Positions 29,161 to 41,627 are shown, numbered from the stretch's first letter. The stretch is DNA of 64,000 nt from Stellaceae bacterium (GCA_036490955.1 DASXCX010000080.1:4906-68905), one strand, 5' to 3'. Numbers and translations: made by a program. Notes: generated by a model from the letters alone, not told the origin.

Positions 29161-30204
29161 TCACACAGCTTTGGCCGAGGCGGGCCGCTTCTTCGCAAAG
29201 GCCGGCATCACCTCCTTGGCGAAGATCTGCAAGGTCGCGATCGAGCCCGTCGGATCGACCAGCAGAACATTCTCGACGCCGCCGGCTTCGAGCTTCTTCA
29301 GCCGGAGGATGATCTCCTCGGGCGTGCCGAGCAGCGGCGCGTCGTCGAATTCGACCGGCGGACCGTTGTAGTCTTTAAGCTGCGCATAACGCTCGGCGCC
29401 CCGGCCGCGGGCGAGCGTGCCGATGTTCTTCAACATGTTGATGCGCATCGCCAGCGCCTTCTCGCGGTCGGCGGCGTTGCGTACGAGCTGCAAGCCGCGC
29501 GTCGTGCCGACCATTGCCGGATCGTAGGCGCGGCCGGCTTTGAGGCATTCATCCTTGAACATCGCGACGCGCTCGATCGTGAGATCGCAGGGGGCGATCT
29601 GGTCGAGCAGCAAATTGTAGCCTTCGCGCGCAGCGCGGCGGATCGATTCCTCGCTGCCTGCGCCAAGCCAGAAGGGCGGATGCGGTCGCTGCACCGGCGC
29701 AGGCTCGACAACGATATTCTCGTAATGCCAGCGCTTGCCGTGATGCGAGAAACGGCCGGCGCTGTTCCATGCCTTGCGGATGACGTCCATCGCCTCGTCG
29801 AAGCGCTCGGTCGCTTCGTCCATCGGCACGCAGAAGCCGCTGAACTCGACATCGCGATAGCCTTTGCCGACGCCAAAATCGAGCCGGCCGTTGGAAAGCA
29901 GATCGACGGTCGCGGCCGCTTCGGCGACGAGCACCGGATTGTGCCAGGGCAGCACGACGACCGCCGTACCGAGACGGATACGTGTCGTGCAGCCCGCGAG
30001 ATAGCTCAAGAGGCCGAGTGAGGCCGAGACCTGACCGACGCCGGTGAAGTGATGCTCGACGACGAAGACGCTTTCGAAGCCGAGATCCTCGGCTTCGCGC
30101 ACATAATTGATGTAGTCGCGATAGCCCTGGCTATCGCCGCCTTGATGCTCGCCGACCGGCGTACCGCTGCGCGAGCGCGCGCCGCCGAAAAGACCGAATC
30201 GCAT
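29161..30204 (-). CDS. LLM-class flavin-dependent oxidoreductase
   Basis: 347 aa. VVEHHFTG... and SNGRLDFGVGKGY motifs. Confidence 0.8.
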   Translation of the reverse strand: MRFGLFGGARSRSGTPVGEHQGGDSQGYRDYINYVREAEDLGFESVFVVEHHFTGVGQVSASLGLLSYLAGCTTRIRLGTAVVVLPWHNPVLVAEAAATVDLLSNGRLDFGVGKGYRDVEFSGFCVPMDEATERFDEAMDVIRKAWNSAGRFSHHGKRWHYENIVVEPAPVQRPHPPFWLGAGSEESIRRAAREGYNLLLDQIAPCDLTIERVAMFKDECLKAGRAYDPAMVGTTRGLQLVRNAADREKALAMRINMLKNIGTLARGRGAERYAQLKDYNGPPVEFDDAPLLGTPEEIILRLKKLEAGGVENVLLVDPTGSIATLQIFAKEVMPAFAKKRPASAKAV

Positions 30205-30261
30205 AAGGCTTCCTTCTCTCTGGTCGCGCGCGACCCTACCATAAGGAGTCGCGCAGGACGA

Positions 30262-30753
30262 CTATTGTTCGGCAGCCGCCAGCAGCAGCTCGAGCGCCCG
30301 TTCAACAGTGGCGCGGCGAATGCCGCTGCGATCGCCGGGAAACACGTGATGCTCACTTTGCGTCTTGCCGCCGCGTTGCGCGGTCGCGAGATGGACGAGA
30401 CCGACCGGCTTGTCCGCAGAGCCGCCGCCCGGCCCGGCGATGCCCGTAACGGCGACCGCGAGCTCGACCGGCGCATGGGCGAGCGCGCCGGTCGCCATGG
30501 CGCGCGCGACCTCGGCGCTGACGGCGCCATGCCAGGCGATAAGCGCCGCCGGCACGCCCAGCATCTCGGTTTTGGCGCGGTTGGAATAGGTAACGAAGCC
30601 GCGCTCGACGACGTCGGAGGAGCCGGCGATGTCAGTGAGCGCGCCGGCGATCAGCCCGCCTGTGCAGGATTCAGCTGTTGCGACCATCAGCTTCTTTTCG
30701 CGGCAGCGCGCCAACACGCCTTCGGCGAGCGCGCGAATGCGGTCATCGCTCAA
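30262..30753 (-). CDS. CinA-C/PncC-type nicotinamide-nucleotide amidohydrolase
   Basis: ATAESCTGGL and VAVTGIAGPGGG motifs. Likely TTG start at 30753, 7 nt after GGAGG. The track ATG at 30774 would overlap pgpA further. Confidence 0.8.
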   Translation of the reverse strand: MSDDRIRALAEGVLARCREKKLMVATAESCTGGLIAGALTDIAGSSDVVERGFVTYSNRAKTEMLGVPAALIAWHGAVSAEVARAMATGALAHAPVELAVAVTGIAGPGGGSADKPVGLVHLATAQRGGKTQSEHHVFPGDRSGIRRATVERALELLLAAAEQ

Positions 30754-31192
30754 GCAGCCACCTCCCGATCGCAATCACCATCAATGCATAGATCGCGGCG
30801 AGCACATCGTCGATCATGATACCGAAACCGCCGCCGCAGCGCCGCTCGACGGCGCGGATCGGCCAGGGCTTCCAGATATCGAACAAGCGAAAGAGCGCGA
30901 AGCCGATCGCATAGGCGAAGAGATTGAGCGGCAGAGCGACCACGGTGAGCCACTGGCCGACGACCTCGTCGACGACGATCCAGCCAGGATCGTGGTCGCG
31001 CTGATCGCGGATGGCAAAATGCGCCGCGATCCAGCCTACAGGAAAGAGGACGATGGCCGCTGCCAGCAGGGACCACTTGCCAGCATAGACAACGATCAGC
31101 CACGCGAAAGGCAGCGCGGCGAGAGAGCCCCATGTCCCCGGCGCGCCGGGTAGAAAGCCGCTGCCGAACCAGCTTGCGATCAGTCGCGCCAT
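30743..31192 (-). CDS. pgpA: Phosphatidylglycerophosphatase A
   Basis: This is the C-terminal 149 aa of artefactual track ORF 30743..31882. MARLIASWFGSGFLPGAPGTWGS...VVDEVVGQW...FDIWKPWPI. Confidence 0.85.
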   Translation of the reverse strand: MARLIASWFGSGFLPGAPGTWGSLAALPFAWLIVVYAGKWSLLAAAIVLFPVGWIAAHFAIRDQRDHDPGWIVVDEVVGQWLTVVALPLNLFAYAIGFALFRLFDIWKPWPIRAVERRCGGGFGIMIDDVLAAIYALMVIAIGRWLLER

Positions 31193-31194
31193 GC

Positions 31195-32346
31195 TTACGG
31201 CAATTGCACGGTCGCGATGGCTTGCGCCGCCATGCCTTCGCCGCGGCCGAGGAAGCCGAGTTTCTCCGTCGTCGTCGCCTTGATGCTGACGCGGGTCGGC
31301 GGCAAGGCAAGGATCTCGGCGATCTTCGCCACCATCGCATCGCGATGCGGCCCGATGCGCGGCGCCTCGCACATCATCGTCACGTCGACATGGACGATCC
31401 GGCCCTTGGCTTGCCCGACGAGATCGGCGGCGTAGCGCAGGAATAGATGCGATGGCGCGCCGCGCCATTTCGGATCGCTCGGCGGGAAATGCATGCCGAT
31501 ATCGCCGGCGCCGAGCGCGCCGAGGATTGCATCGGTCAGCGCATGCAGCCCGACATCGGCATCGGAATGGCCGATGAGACCGTGGCTGTGCGGGATTTTG
31601 AGCCCGCAAAGCCAGACATGATCGCCCGGCCCGAAAGCATGCACATCGAAACCCTGGCCGCTGCGATAGTCGCCCGTACCGCCGCTTGTCAGCTTCTCGG
31701 CGCGCGCGAAATCGTCTGTCGTCGTCACTTTGAAATTGCTTTCCGCGCCTTCGACCAGGCGCACGGTCAGACCGGCGCGCTCGGCGACGGCCGCATCGTC
31801 GGTCAGTTCCATCCCGGCGGCGGTGCGGTGCGCTGCGAGGATGGCGCGATAGTCGAAGCCCTGCGGCGTCTGTACACGCCATAGCGCGCTGCGGTCGAGC
31901 GTATCGGTAACAACGCCGTTTTCGCCGCGCTTGACCGTGTCCGCAAGCGGCAGCGCCGGGATCGCGGCCGGTGCGGTGTCGAGTGCATCGAGCACGCGGT
32001 CGATCAGGCTTTGTTCGACGAAGGGTCGCGCCGCATCGTGGATAAGCACGCGCAGTGGCGCGAAGCTTTGGAGACTCTCGAGACCGAGCCGCGCCGAATC
32101 CTGCCGTGCGGCACCGCCTCGCACGGGCGGCAATATGTCGAGCCCGGCCACCGCTGCGTCATAGAGGTCATGATCGGCTGGGTTATAGACGACGCGCACG
32201 CGATCGATCCTCGGATGCTCGGCCAATCGCTCCACCGAATGCCGGAGCAGCGTTTGACCGCCGAGGCTCCTATATTGCTTGGGTCGCTCGCCGCCGAGCC
32301 GCGTGCCGCGGCCGGCCGCAACGACGATGGCGATGCATGCCAGCAT
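31195..32346 (-). CDS. ispDF: Bifunctional IspD/IspF (MEP cytidylyltransferase / MEcPP synthase)
   Basis: 383 aa. AAGRGTRLG at the N-terminus; FDVHAF...GHSDADVGLHA in the C-terminal half. Confidence 0.92.
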   Translation of the reverse strand: MLACIAIVVAAGRGTRLGGERPKQYRSLGGQTLLRHSVERLAEHPRIDRVRVVYNPADHDLYDAAVAGLDILPPVRGGAARQDSARLGLESLQSFAPLRVLIHDAARPFVEQSLIDRVLDALDTAPAAIPALPLADTVKRGENGVVTDTLDRSALWRVQTPQGFDYRAILAAHRTAAGMELTDDAAVAERAGLTVRLVEGAESNFKVTTTDDFARAEKLTSGGTGDYRSGQGFDVHAFGPGDHVWLCGLKIPHSHGLIGHSDADVGLHALTDAILGALGAGDIGMHFPPSDPKWRGAPSHLFLRYAADLVGQAKGRIVHVDVTMMCEAPRIGPHRDAMVAKIAEILALPPTRVSIKATTTEKLGFLGRGEGMAAQAIATVQLP

Positions 32347-32491
32347 GGCGCCAAGCTAGCGCAGGCGGCTCCCAGAGGGCAGGGTCCTTAGCCGAAAAGG
32401 GCGGAATCTCGCGCCCGAAATATCGTTGCAATCATTGTGCACTGCGGTATTATGTGCTCAATCTATGAGCAACGCGGATTTTGCATAGAAA

Positions 32492-33475
32492 ATGAGCATC
32501 CGAATTGGTCCTCTAGAGCTTGAAGCGCCGGTCATCCTCGCACCGATGTCCGGTGTCACAGATCTGCCGTTCCGGCGATTGGTTAAGTCGCACGGCGCCG
32601 GGCTCGTCGTCTCCGAGATGATCGCCAGCGAGGCGATGATCCGCGAGACGCGCCAATCGATGACCATGGCGAAGAACTGCCCGGAAGAGCAGCCGATGGC
32701 GGTGCAACTCGCCGGTTGCGAGCCGGCGGTCATGGCCGAAGCGGCAAAGCTCAATGCCGATCGCGGCGCGGCGCTGATCGATATCAATTTCGGCTGCCCG
32801 GTGAAAAAGGTCGTGAACGGCCAGGCCGGCTCCGCGCTGATGCGGGAAGAAGGACTGGCCGCGCGCATCCTTGAAGCCACCGTGAAGGCGGTCAATCTGC
32901 CGGTCACCTTGAAGATGCGCACCGGTTGGGACGACAACAGCCGTAACGCGCCGAAGCTGGCGAAGATCGCCGAAGATGCCGGCATCAAGATGATCACGGT
33001 GCATGGCCGCACACGTTGCCAGTTTTATGAGGGCCATGCCGATTGGTCTTTCGTGCGCCGCGTGAAAGAGGCGGTATCGCTGCCGGTAATCGTCAATGGC
33101 GACATCACGACTCTCGAAAAGGCACAAGAAGCGCTGACCCTTTCAGGCGCCGACGGCGTGATGGTCGGCCGCGGCGCTTATGGCAAGCCATGGTTCCTGC
33201 ACCAGGTGATGCATTTCTTCAAGACCGGCACGCGGCTTCCCGATCCGCCGCTGGCCGAGCAGCGAGATGCGCTGCTCGCGCATTACGACGCTATGCTGTC
33301 GCATTACGGTATCGGCGTCGGCAGCCGCATCGCGCGCAAGCATCTCGGCTGGTATTCGAAAGGGCTTTTCGGCTCATCGGAATTCCGCGCAGCGGTCAAT
33401 CGCTGCGACGACCCAGCGCGAGTCAAAACCATGGTCGAAGAATTCTACACGCCGCTCTTGGCGGAGGCGGCGTAA
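32492..33475 (+). CDS. dusB: tRNA-dihydrouridine synthase B (NifR3)
   Basis: 327 aa. LAPMSGVTD and DINFGCP motifs. Lies upstream of ntrBC as in other alphaproteobacteria. Confidence 0.9.
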   Translation: MSIRIGPLELEAPVILAPMSGVTDLPFRRLVKSHGAGLVVSEMIASEAMIRETRQSMTMAKNCPEEQPMAVQLAGCEPAVMAEAAKLNADRGAALIDINFGCPVKKVVNGQAGSALMREEGLAARILEATVKAVNLPVTLKMRTGWDDNSRNAPKLAKIAEDAGIKMITVHGRTRCQFYEGHADWSFVRRVKEAVSLPVIVNGDITTLEKAQEALTLSGADGVMVGRGAYGKPWFLHQVMHFFKTGTRLPDPPLAEQRDALLAHYDAMLSHYGIGVGSRIARKHLGWYSKGLFGSSEFRAAVNRCDDPARVKTMVEEFYTPLLAEAA

Positions 33476-33478
33476 GTC

Positions 33479-34611
33479 ATGGCGGCCCGCGGCAGCGTCA
33501 TCCGGCGCCTACCGCCCGAGGTCGCGGTCGAAGCGCATGCCGTGCTCGCGGCGCTGCCCGATCCCGTGCTCGTCGTCGATGAGCAGGGGACATTGCGTTA
33601 CGCCAATCATGCCGCCGAGGAATTCTTCGACGCGGGCAAGACCATGTTGCTGGGTCTGCCGCTTCCCGGTTTGTTGCCGCCGGACAGCCCGGTCTTCGCG
33701 CTGATCGACAGCGTGCGCCGAACCGGCGCGAGCGTTTCCGAATATGGCGTCGGCGTCGACATGCCGCGTATCGGGCCGCGGACGCTGACCGTCCAGGCGG
33801 CGCCGATGGGCGATGGCTCGGACCTCGTCGTCGTGACGCTGCAGGGCCGCTCGATCGCCGACAAGATCGACCGTCAGCTCACGCATCGCAATGCGGCCCG
33901 CTCGGTGACGGCGATGGCCTCGATGCTGGCGCATGAGGTGAAGAATCCGCTTTCCGGCATCCGCGGCGCAGCGCAGCTCCTCGAAGAGAACGCGAACCAG
34001 GCCGATCGCGAGCTGACACGGCTCATCTGCGACGAGACCGATCGCATTTGCGCGTTGGTCGATCGCATGGATGTGTTCTCCGATCGCCGGCCGCTCGAGA
34101 GAGCGGCAATCAACATCCACGAAGTTCTTGAACGCGTGCGCCGCGCCGCGCAATCGGGCTTCGCGCGCAATGTTCGCTTCATCGAGGAATACGATCCGTC
34201 GTTGCCCGCCGTCCACGGTAATCGCGATCTGCTGATCCAGACCTTCCTCAACCTGGTCAAGAACGCCGCCGAAGCGGCGCCGGCGCAAGGCGGCGAGATT
34301 CAGCTCGCCACCTCGTATCAGCACGGCGTGCGCATGATGGTCGCCGGCAGCGATAGCCGCGTTCATCTGCCGCTCGTGGTGACGGTAACCGATAATGGCG
34401 AGGGCATTCCCGAAGATATCCAAGGGCATCTCTTCGATCCCTTCATTTCGACCAAGCACAATGGCAGCGGCCTCGGCCTCGCGCTTGTCGCCAAGGTGAT
34501 CGGCGACCACGGCGGCGTCATCGAATTCGATTCGCAGCCGCGGCGCACCGTGTTCCGTGTCTACCTGCCTGTGGCGCCGGTGGCTGCCATCTCACCGAGC
34601 GAGAGCCCGTC

Positions 34612-34615
<4 letters not shown>
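33479..34615 (+). CDS. ntrB: Nitrogen regulation sensor histidine kinase NtrB
   Basis: 378 aa. PAS region, H-box [15 protein letters not shown], and N/G boxes. Confidence 0.9.
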
Positions 34616-36057
<1,442 letters not shown>

Positions 36058-36061
36058 AGTC

Positions 36062-38272
36062 ATGAGCGAAGGGCGGGGGTTCGTGACGTGGGCCGGGCGG
36101 GTCGGTCTCGGGCGCAAGCTCGCGCTCACGCTTGGCGTTTTCGCGCTGCTGTCGGGATTTGCGACGCTCGCGGTACTGCGCGGCGTCTGGCCGGGCGCGC
36201 CGGTGCCGCATCTCGATCAGCTTGCCCTGCTGCTCAATTTCGTTCTCCTGCTGCCGTTGATCGCCATCGTGGCGTGGCGGCTGGTGCAGCTTTGGGCGGA
36301 GCGGCGGCGCGGTCTTGCCGGCTCGCGCCTTCACACGCGTCTCGTCGTGCTGTTCAGCCTGGTCGCGGTGATCCCGACGATCTTCGTCGCGATCTTTTCC
36401 TATCTGCTTTTCAGCTTCGGCGTACAAGCCTGGTTCGGCGAGCCGGTCCATGACGCCGTTACCGGCTCGCTCGCCGTTGCCGAGGCCTATCTCCACGAGC
36501 ACCAGCAGACGATCCGCGCCGATGTCGTCGGCATGGCGAATGATCTCAATCGCGACGCCAATCTCTTGAGCCTCAACCCGCAGCGCTTCAACGAGGTCGT
36601 GCGCGCACAGGCTGCGCTCCGCTCGCTGACGGAGGCGATTGTGTTCGACGGGCAGGGGCATCTCCTCGCGCGCACCGGCTTCAGCTTCGCGCTCGAATTG
36701 CAGCCCGTGCCGGATTGGGCGATCGCGTCCGCGCGCGCCGGCGACGTGGCGGTGATGACCAACGACAATGACGACCGCGTCCGCGCTCTCGTCCGGCTCG
36801 AGCGCTACGGCGACGTCTATCTCTATGCTGGCCGCTTCATCGACCCGAATGTGATCAATCACATGCGGCAGACCCAAAGCGCGGTTGCGCAATACGAGCA
36901 GCTCGAGGGCCAGCGCTCGGACTACCAGATCGTCCTTTCCATCGTGTTCTTCGGCGTCGGCCTGCTGCTGCTGACCGGCGCAGTCTGGGTCGGCTTGGCC
37001 ATGGCGACCCGGATGGCCAAGCCGATCGCGTCGCTCGTTGCGGCGGCGGAACGTGTGCGTGGGGGCGATCTCGCGGCGCGCGTTCCGGCGGGCGATAGCG
37101 ACGAGGAATTCTCTTCGCTGTCGCGCGCCTTCAACCGCATGACGCATCAATTGCAGACCCAGCAGAGCGAGCTGATCGAAGCCAACCGGCAGCTTGATCA
37201 GCGGCGCCGATTCACCGAGACCGTGCTGTCGGGCGTCTCCGCCGGCGTCATCGGCCTCGACCAGCAAGGCCGCATCAATCTGCCGAACCGCTCGGCTTCG
37301 CTGCTGCTTGGGACCGATCTCGATCAGCATATCGGCAAAGACCTCGCCGAGGTCGTGCCGGAAATGGCCGGGCTCTATGACGAGGCGGAGCGCCGTCCCG
37401 ACCGGCTGGCGCAGGCGCAGGTGCAGATCGTGCACGCCGGCCGCGCGCATATGTTGCTCGTCCGGGTCGCCGCCGAGCGTCTTGAAGGCGAAGCCAAAGG
37501 TTACGTCGTCACCTTCGACGACATCACCGATCTGCAGGCGGCGCAACGCAAAGCGGCTTGGGCCGACGTCGCCCGCCGCATCGCGCACGAGATTAAGAAT
37601 CCGCTGACCCCCATCCAGCTTTCGGCCGAGCGCCTGAAGCGGAAGTATCTCAAGGACATCGCCAACGATCGCGAGACTTTCGCCGCCTGCACGGACACCA
37701 TCATCCGCCATGTCGGCGATATTGGTCGCATGGTCGATGAGTTCTCTTCCTTCGCGCGGATGCCGGCGCCGGTGCTGCGCGACGAGGATCTAAACGAGAT
37801 CGTGCGCCAGGCGGCGTTCCTGCAGCGCGCGGCAACGCCCGAGATCCGCGTCGAGACCGAGCTGCCCGGCGCGCCCCTGCGCCTTAACTGCGATTCGCGG
37901 CAGGTGGCCCAGGCCCTCGTCAATCTGATGAAGAATGCGGCCGAATCGATCCTGTCGCGCGAAGGCGACGTGCCGCCTGGCGAGATAGCCGTCAGCCTCG
38001 GCCGTGACGGCGAGGACGTTGTGCTGTCGGTCGAGGATAACGGCCGCGGCCTGCCGCGCGAAGGCCGCGAGCGGTTGATCGAGCCTTATGTGACGACGCA
38101 TGCGAAAGGCACCGGCCTGGGTCTCGCTATCGTGAAGAAAATCATGGAAGATCATCACGGCGAGCTCGTTCTCGATGATCGAGAAGGCGGCGGTGCACGG
38201 ATAAGCCTCGTGTTTCATCCGCAGGAGGTAAAGAACGTTACGCCAAAACCGGTAGCTCAGGTGGAAGCCTAA
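36062..38272 (+). CDS. ntrY: Sensor histidine kinase NtrY
   Basis: 736 aa. N-terminal TM segments, HAMP, PAS, and H-box IAHEIKNPLTPIQLS. Confidence 0.9.
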   Translation: MSEGRGFVTWAGRVGLGRKLALTLGVFALLSGFATLAVLRGVWPGAPVPHLDQLALLLNFVLLLPLIAIVAWRLVQLWAERRRGLAGSRLHTRLVVLFSLVAVIPTIFVAIFSYLLFSFGVQAWFGEPVHDAVTGSLAVAEAYLHEHQQTIRADVVGMANDLNRDANLLSLNPQRFNEVVRAQAALRSLTEAIVFDGQGHLLARTGFSFALELQPVPDWAIASARAGDVAVMTNDNDDRVRALVRLERYGDVYLYAGRFIDPNVINHMRQTQSAVAQYEQLEGQRSDYQIVLSIVFFGVGLLLLTGAVWVGLAMATRMAKPIASLVAAAERVRGGDLAARVPAGDSDEEFSSLSRAFNRMTHQLQTQQSELIEANRQLDQRRRFTETVLSGVSAGVIGLDQQGRINLPNRSASLLLGTDLDQHIGKDLAEVVPEMAGLYDEAERRPDRLAQAQVQIVHAGRAHMLLVRVAAERLEGEAKGYVVTFDDITDLQAAQRKAAWADVARRIAHEIKNPLTPIQLSAERLKRKYLKDIANDRETFAACTDTIIRHVGDIGRMVDEFSSFARMPAPVLRDEDLNEIVRQAAFLQRAATPEIRVETELPGAPLRLNCDSRQVAQALVNLMKNAAESILSREGDVPPGEIAVSLGRDGEDVVLSVEDNGRGLPREGRERLIEPYVTTHAKGTGLGLAIVKKIMEDHHGELVLDDREGGGARISLVFHPQEVKNVTPKPVAQVEA

Positions 38273-38275
38273 TCG

Positions 38276-39730
38276 ATGGCGAACGAGATTCTAGTCGTCG
38301 ACGACGAAGCCGATATCCGCGCGCTGATGTGCGGGATCCTCGGCGACGAGGGTTATGAGACACGCCAAGCCGGCAACAGCGCCGAGGCGCTCGCCGCGAT
38401 CCGCTCGCGCCAGCCGTCGCTTGTCGTGCTCGACATCTGGCTGCAAGGCAGCGAGCTCGACGGGCTCGAGATTTTGAAGATCATCAAGCGCGAGCTGCCG
38501 CATATCCCGGTCGTGATGATCAGCGGCCACGGAAATATCGAGACCGCGGTCGCGGCGATCAAGATCGGCGCTTACGACTTCATCGAAAAGCCTTTCAAAT
38601 CGGATCGTCTGCTCATCATCGTCGAACGCGCGATCGAGGCGGCGCGGCTGAAGCGCGAGAACGAGGAATTGCGCCAACGCACCGGGGGCGATGAGGATCT
38701 CGTCGGGCAGTCGCACGCGATTTCCCAGCTTCGCCAACAGCTCGATCGTGTCGGCCCAACCAACAGCCGCGTGCTGATCACCGGCGCGCCGGGAGCCGGC
38801 AAGGAAGTGGTGGCGCGGCTGCTCCACGCCGGCTCGCGCCGCGGCAAGGGTCCGTTCGTCGTGCTGAGCTGCGCGACGATGCGGCCGGAGCGTTTCGAGA
38901 TCGAGTTGTTCGGCACCGATGCCGGCGCCGAGGGACCGGAATCGCCGCGCAAGGTCGGCACCTTCGAGCAGGCGCATGGCGGCACGCTGTTCCTCGACGA
39001 AGTCGCGGATATGCCGCTTGAGACGCAAGGCAAGATCGTGCGCGCGCTCCAGGACCAAACCTTCGAGCGAGTGGGCGGTACGCGCGTGAAGGTCGATGTG
39101 CGCGTCATCGCCGCGACCAATCGCGATCTCACCATCGAGATCGCGGCCGGCCGCTTCCGCGAGGATCTCTACTACCGTCTCGCCGTCGTGCCGCTGCACG
39201 TGGCACCGCTGCGTCAGCGCATCGAGGATATTCCGGCGCTGGCCCGGCATTTCATGGTGCGCGCCGCCGAGAATGCGCGCCTGCCGCCGCGCGAATTCGG
39301 CGACGACGCGATTGCCGCGCTTCAGGCTTACGAATGGCCGGGCAATGTGCGCCAACTCAAGAACGCGGTCGACTGGACCTTGATCATGGCGCCCGCGGGC
39401 AGCGATCCGATTCGCGCCGAGATGCTGCCGGCGGAGATCGGCTCGATCGCGCCGGCGGTCGTGCGCTGGGACCGCGGCGGCGAGCTCATGACCTTGCCGC
39501 TGCGCGACGCGCGCGAGATGTTCGAGCGCGAATATCTCTTTGCCCAGATCGCGCGCTTCGGCGGCAATATCTCGCGTACCGCGGCGTTTGTCGGCATGGA
39601 GCGCTCGGCGCTGCATCGCAAGCTCAAATCGCTCGGCGTGCTGAGCGGCGAGCGGAACGGCGAGCGCCAGGCCGATGAGCGCGGCCCCGACGAGCCCGCC
39701 GCCAAAGCCGATTTGTCCGAGGCGAATTGA
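38276..39730 (+). CDS. ntrX: Response regulator NtrX (sigma-54-interaction-domain family)
   Basis: 484 aa with receiver and AAA+ domains (GAPGAGKE). Follows ntrY. Confidence 0.9.
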   Translation: MANEILVVDDEADIRALMCGILGDEGYETRQAGNSAEALAAIRSRQPSLVVLDIWLQGSELDGLEILKIIKRELPHIPVVMISGHGNIETAVAAIKIGAYDFIEKPFKSDRLLIIVERAIEAARLKRENEELRQRTGGDEDLVGQSHAISQLRQQLDRVGPTNSRVLITGAPGAGKEVVARLLHAGSRRGKGPFVVLSCATMRPERFEIELFGTDAGAEGPESPRKVGTFEQAHGGTLFLDEVADMPLETQGKIVRALQDQTFERVGGTRVKVDVRVIAATNRDLTIEIAAGRFREDLYYRLAVVPLHVAPLRQRIEDIPALARHFMVRAAENARLPPREFGDDAIAALQAYEWPGNVRQLKNAVDWTLIMAPAGSDPIRAEMLPAEIGSIAPAVVRWDRGGELMTLPLRDAREMFEREYLFAQIARFGGNISRTAAFVGMERSALHRKLKSLGVLSGERNGERQADERGPDEPAAKADLSEAN

Positions 39731-39746
39731 GGCCGAATAGGGCTCT

Positions 39747-40613
39747 ATGTCCCGCATTGCTTATGTGAACGGCCGTTATCTCGAGCATCGCCATGCGTGC
39801 GTGCATATCGAGGATCGCGGCTATCAATTCGCCGATGGCTGTTACGAGGTCGTCGCGATGCGCGATGGCGTCTTCATCGATGCCGGGCTGCATCTGCAGC
39901 GGCTGCGACGCTCGCTCGCGGCGCTGAGCATTACCTCTCCGATGAACGATGCCGCGCTGATGGTCGTGATGAGCGAGGTCGCGCACCGCAATCTGGTGCG
40001 CGAGGGCTTTGTCTACATGCAGATCACGCGCGGCGTCGCGACGCGCGATTTTTCTTTTCCGGCCAAGACGCGGCCGAGCCTCGTGATGACCGCGCGCTCG
40101 AAGCTGCTGGTCGACCCGAAGCTTCTGGCGTCCGGCATCAAGGTCATCACCATTCCGGACCAGCGTTGGGCGCGACCCGACATCAAATCGGTCTCGCTGT
40201 TGCCTAACGCGCTTGGCAAGGAGCAGGCGAAGAAGGCGGGGGCCTACGAAGCGTGGCAGGTCGATCGCGACGGCAACGTCACTGAAGGCACCTCGTCCAA
40301 CGCCTGGATCGTGACCAAGGCCGGCGAGGTGGTGACGCGCCAAGCCGATCAGGGGATCCTCAACGGCGTGACGCGGCTCGGCTTGTTGCGGGTCATCGCG
40401 GCGTCGGGGTTGCGGCTCGCCGAGCGACCCTTCAGCGTCATCGAAGCAAAGCAAGCGGCCGAGGCGCTTTTGACCAGCAGCACGAATTTCGTCGTGCCGG
40501 TCGTGCGGATCGATGATACGCCGATCGGCGACGGCGAGCCGGGTCCGCTCGCCGGAAAACTGGCGGCGTCCTATGCGGATTACGCGGCGCTCGGCGGCTC
40601 GGACAAAGCATGA
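39747..40613 (+). CDS. Class IV aminotransferase (D-amino-acid/branched-chain type)
   Basis: 288 aa. DRGYQFADGCYEV and EGTSSNAW motifs. Confidence 0.85.
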   Translation: MSRIAYVNGRYLEHRHACVHIEDRGYQFADGCYEVVAMRDGVFIDAGLHLQRLRRSLAALSITSPMNDAALMVVMSEVAHRNLVREGFVYMQITRGVATRDFSFPAKTRPSLVMTARSKLLVDPKLLASGIKVITIPDQRWARPDIKSVSLLPNALGKEQAKKAGAYEAWQVDRDGNVTEGTSSNAWIVTKAGEVVTRQADQGILNGVTRLGLLRVIAASGLRLAERPFSVIEAKQAAEALLTSSTNFVVPVVRIDDTPIGDGEPGPLAGKLAASYADYAALGGSDKA

Positions 40614-41284
40614 CGGCCGATAACGAAAAAATGCCGCGCGCCATCGTCTTCGATTGGGACAACACCCTCGTCGATAGCTGGGGGACCATCCACGAAGCAC
40701 TGGTTCGGACGTTCACGGCTATGGGGCATGAGCCGTGGACATTGGCCGAGACCAAGATGCGGGTGCGGCGTTCGTTGCGCGACGCCTTTCCGGCGCTGTT
40801 CGGCGATCGCTGGGACGAGGCGCGCAAGCTCTATCTCGATCATTTCACCGCGATGCATATCGAGCGGCTGGCGCCGATCCTCGGCGCGGCCGAGCTGCTA
40901 GCCGAAGCGCAGCAAGCGGGTTTCCATCTTGCCGTGCTCAGCAACAAGACCGGCCGTATCCTGCGGCTTGAAGCCGATCATCTCGGCTGGACCCCGTATT
41001 TCAAACGCCTCGTCGGCGCGGGCGACGCCAAAGCCGACAAGCCCGATCCGCTCGCGATGCAAATCGCGCTCGAAGGTTCGGGCTTTACCGGCGCCGATGT
41101 TTGGTATGTCGGCGATACCGCGCTCGATATGGAATGCGCCGCGCGGGCCGGCTGCACCGCCGTGTTGCTCGGTGCACTCGATCCCGAGGATCAGGGCTTC
41201 GCGACGTTCCCGCCGCAGCGCCACTTCGCGGATTTCACGGCGCTTGGCCGGTCGCTGCTTGGCCGGAGGCCGCCGCGCGAATAG
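40610..41284 (+). CDS. HAD-superfamily hydrolase (phosphoglycolate phosphatase-like)
   Basis: 224 aa. DWDNTLVDS motif I, SNK motif II, VGDTALD motif III. Confidence 0.8.
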   Translation: MTADNEKMPRAIVFDWDNTLVDSWGTIHEALVRTFTAMGHEPWTLAETKMRVRRSLRDAFPALFGDRWDEARKLYLDHFTAMHIERLAPILGAAELLAEAQQAGFHLAVLSNKTGRILRLEADHLGWTPYFKRLVGAGDAKADKPDPLAMQIALEGSGFTGADVWYVGDTALDMECAARAGCTAVLLGALDPEDQGFATFPPQRHFADFTALGRSLLGRRPPRE

Positions 41285-41627
41285 GCCCGGCGATCCACCG
41301 GAAGCTGGTCAGGACCCCATTGTCGAAATGGCATTCGACCGCGACGTTGCGCGCCTGGGATGAGTTTTCGGCGACACCGTTGCGTATGCCTTGGACGGTC
41401 GCCAACGCGCTTTCCATGCTGGTGTCGATATGGCTACCCACGATGTCGATGTCGCCATTGGGAAAAGCGCGCCTCATGAAATCGCTGCAACGGTCGACCA
41501 TGCTGACGCTGCCGAGCGCCATTTTGGTGTCGAAGCCAACCTCGCTCATGCGGCTGCAGCCGGCCAACGCGCAAAGCATGCCGGCCGCCGCGGCCGATCG
41601 TGGAATTTGGTGAAATATCAAGCCCAT
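41235..41627 (-). CDS. Hypothetical lipoprotein
   Basis: Trimmed to MGLIFHQIPRSAAAAGMLCALAGCS (lipobox). Its 3' end converges on and overlaps the HAD gene by ~50 nt. Confidence 0.45.
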   Translation of the reverse strand: MGLIFHQIPRSAAAAGMLCALAGCSRMSEVGFDTKMALGSVSMVDRCSDFMRRAFPNGDIDIVGSHIDTSMESALATVQGIRNGVAENSSQARNVAVECHFDNGVLTSFRWIAGPIRAAASGQAATGQAP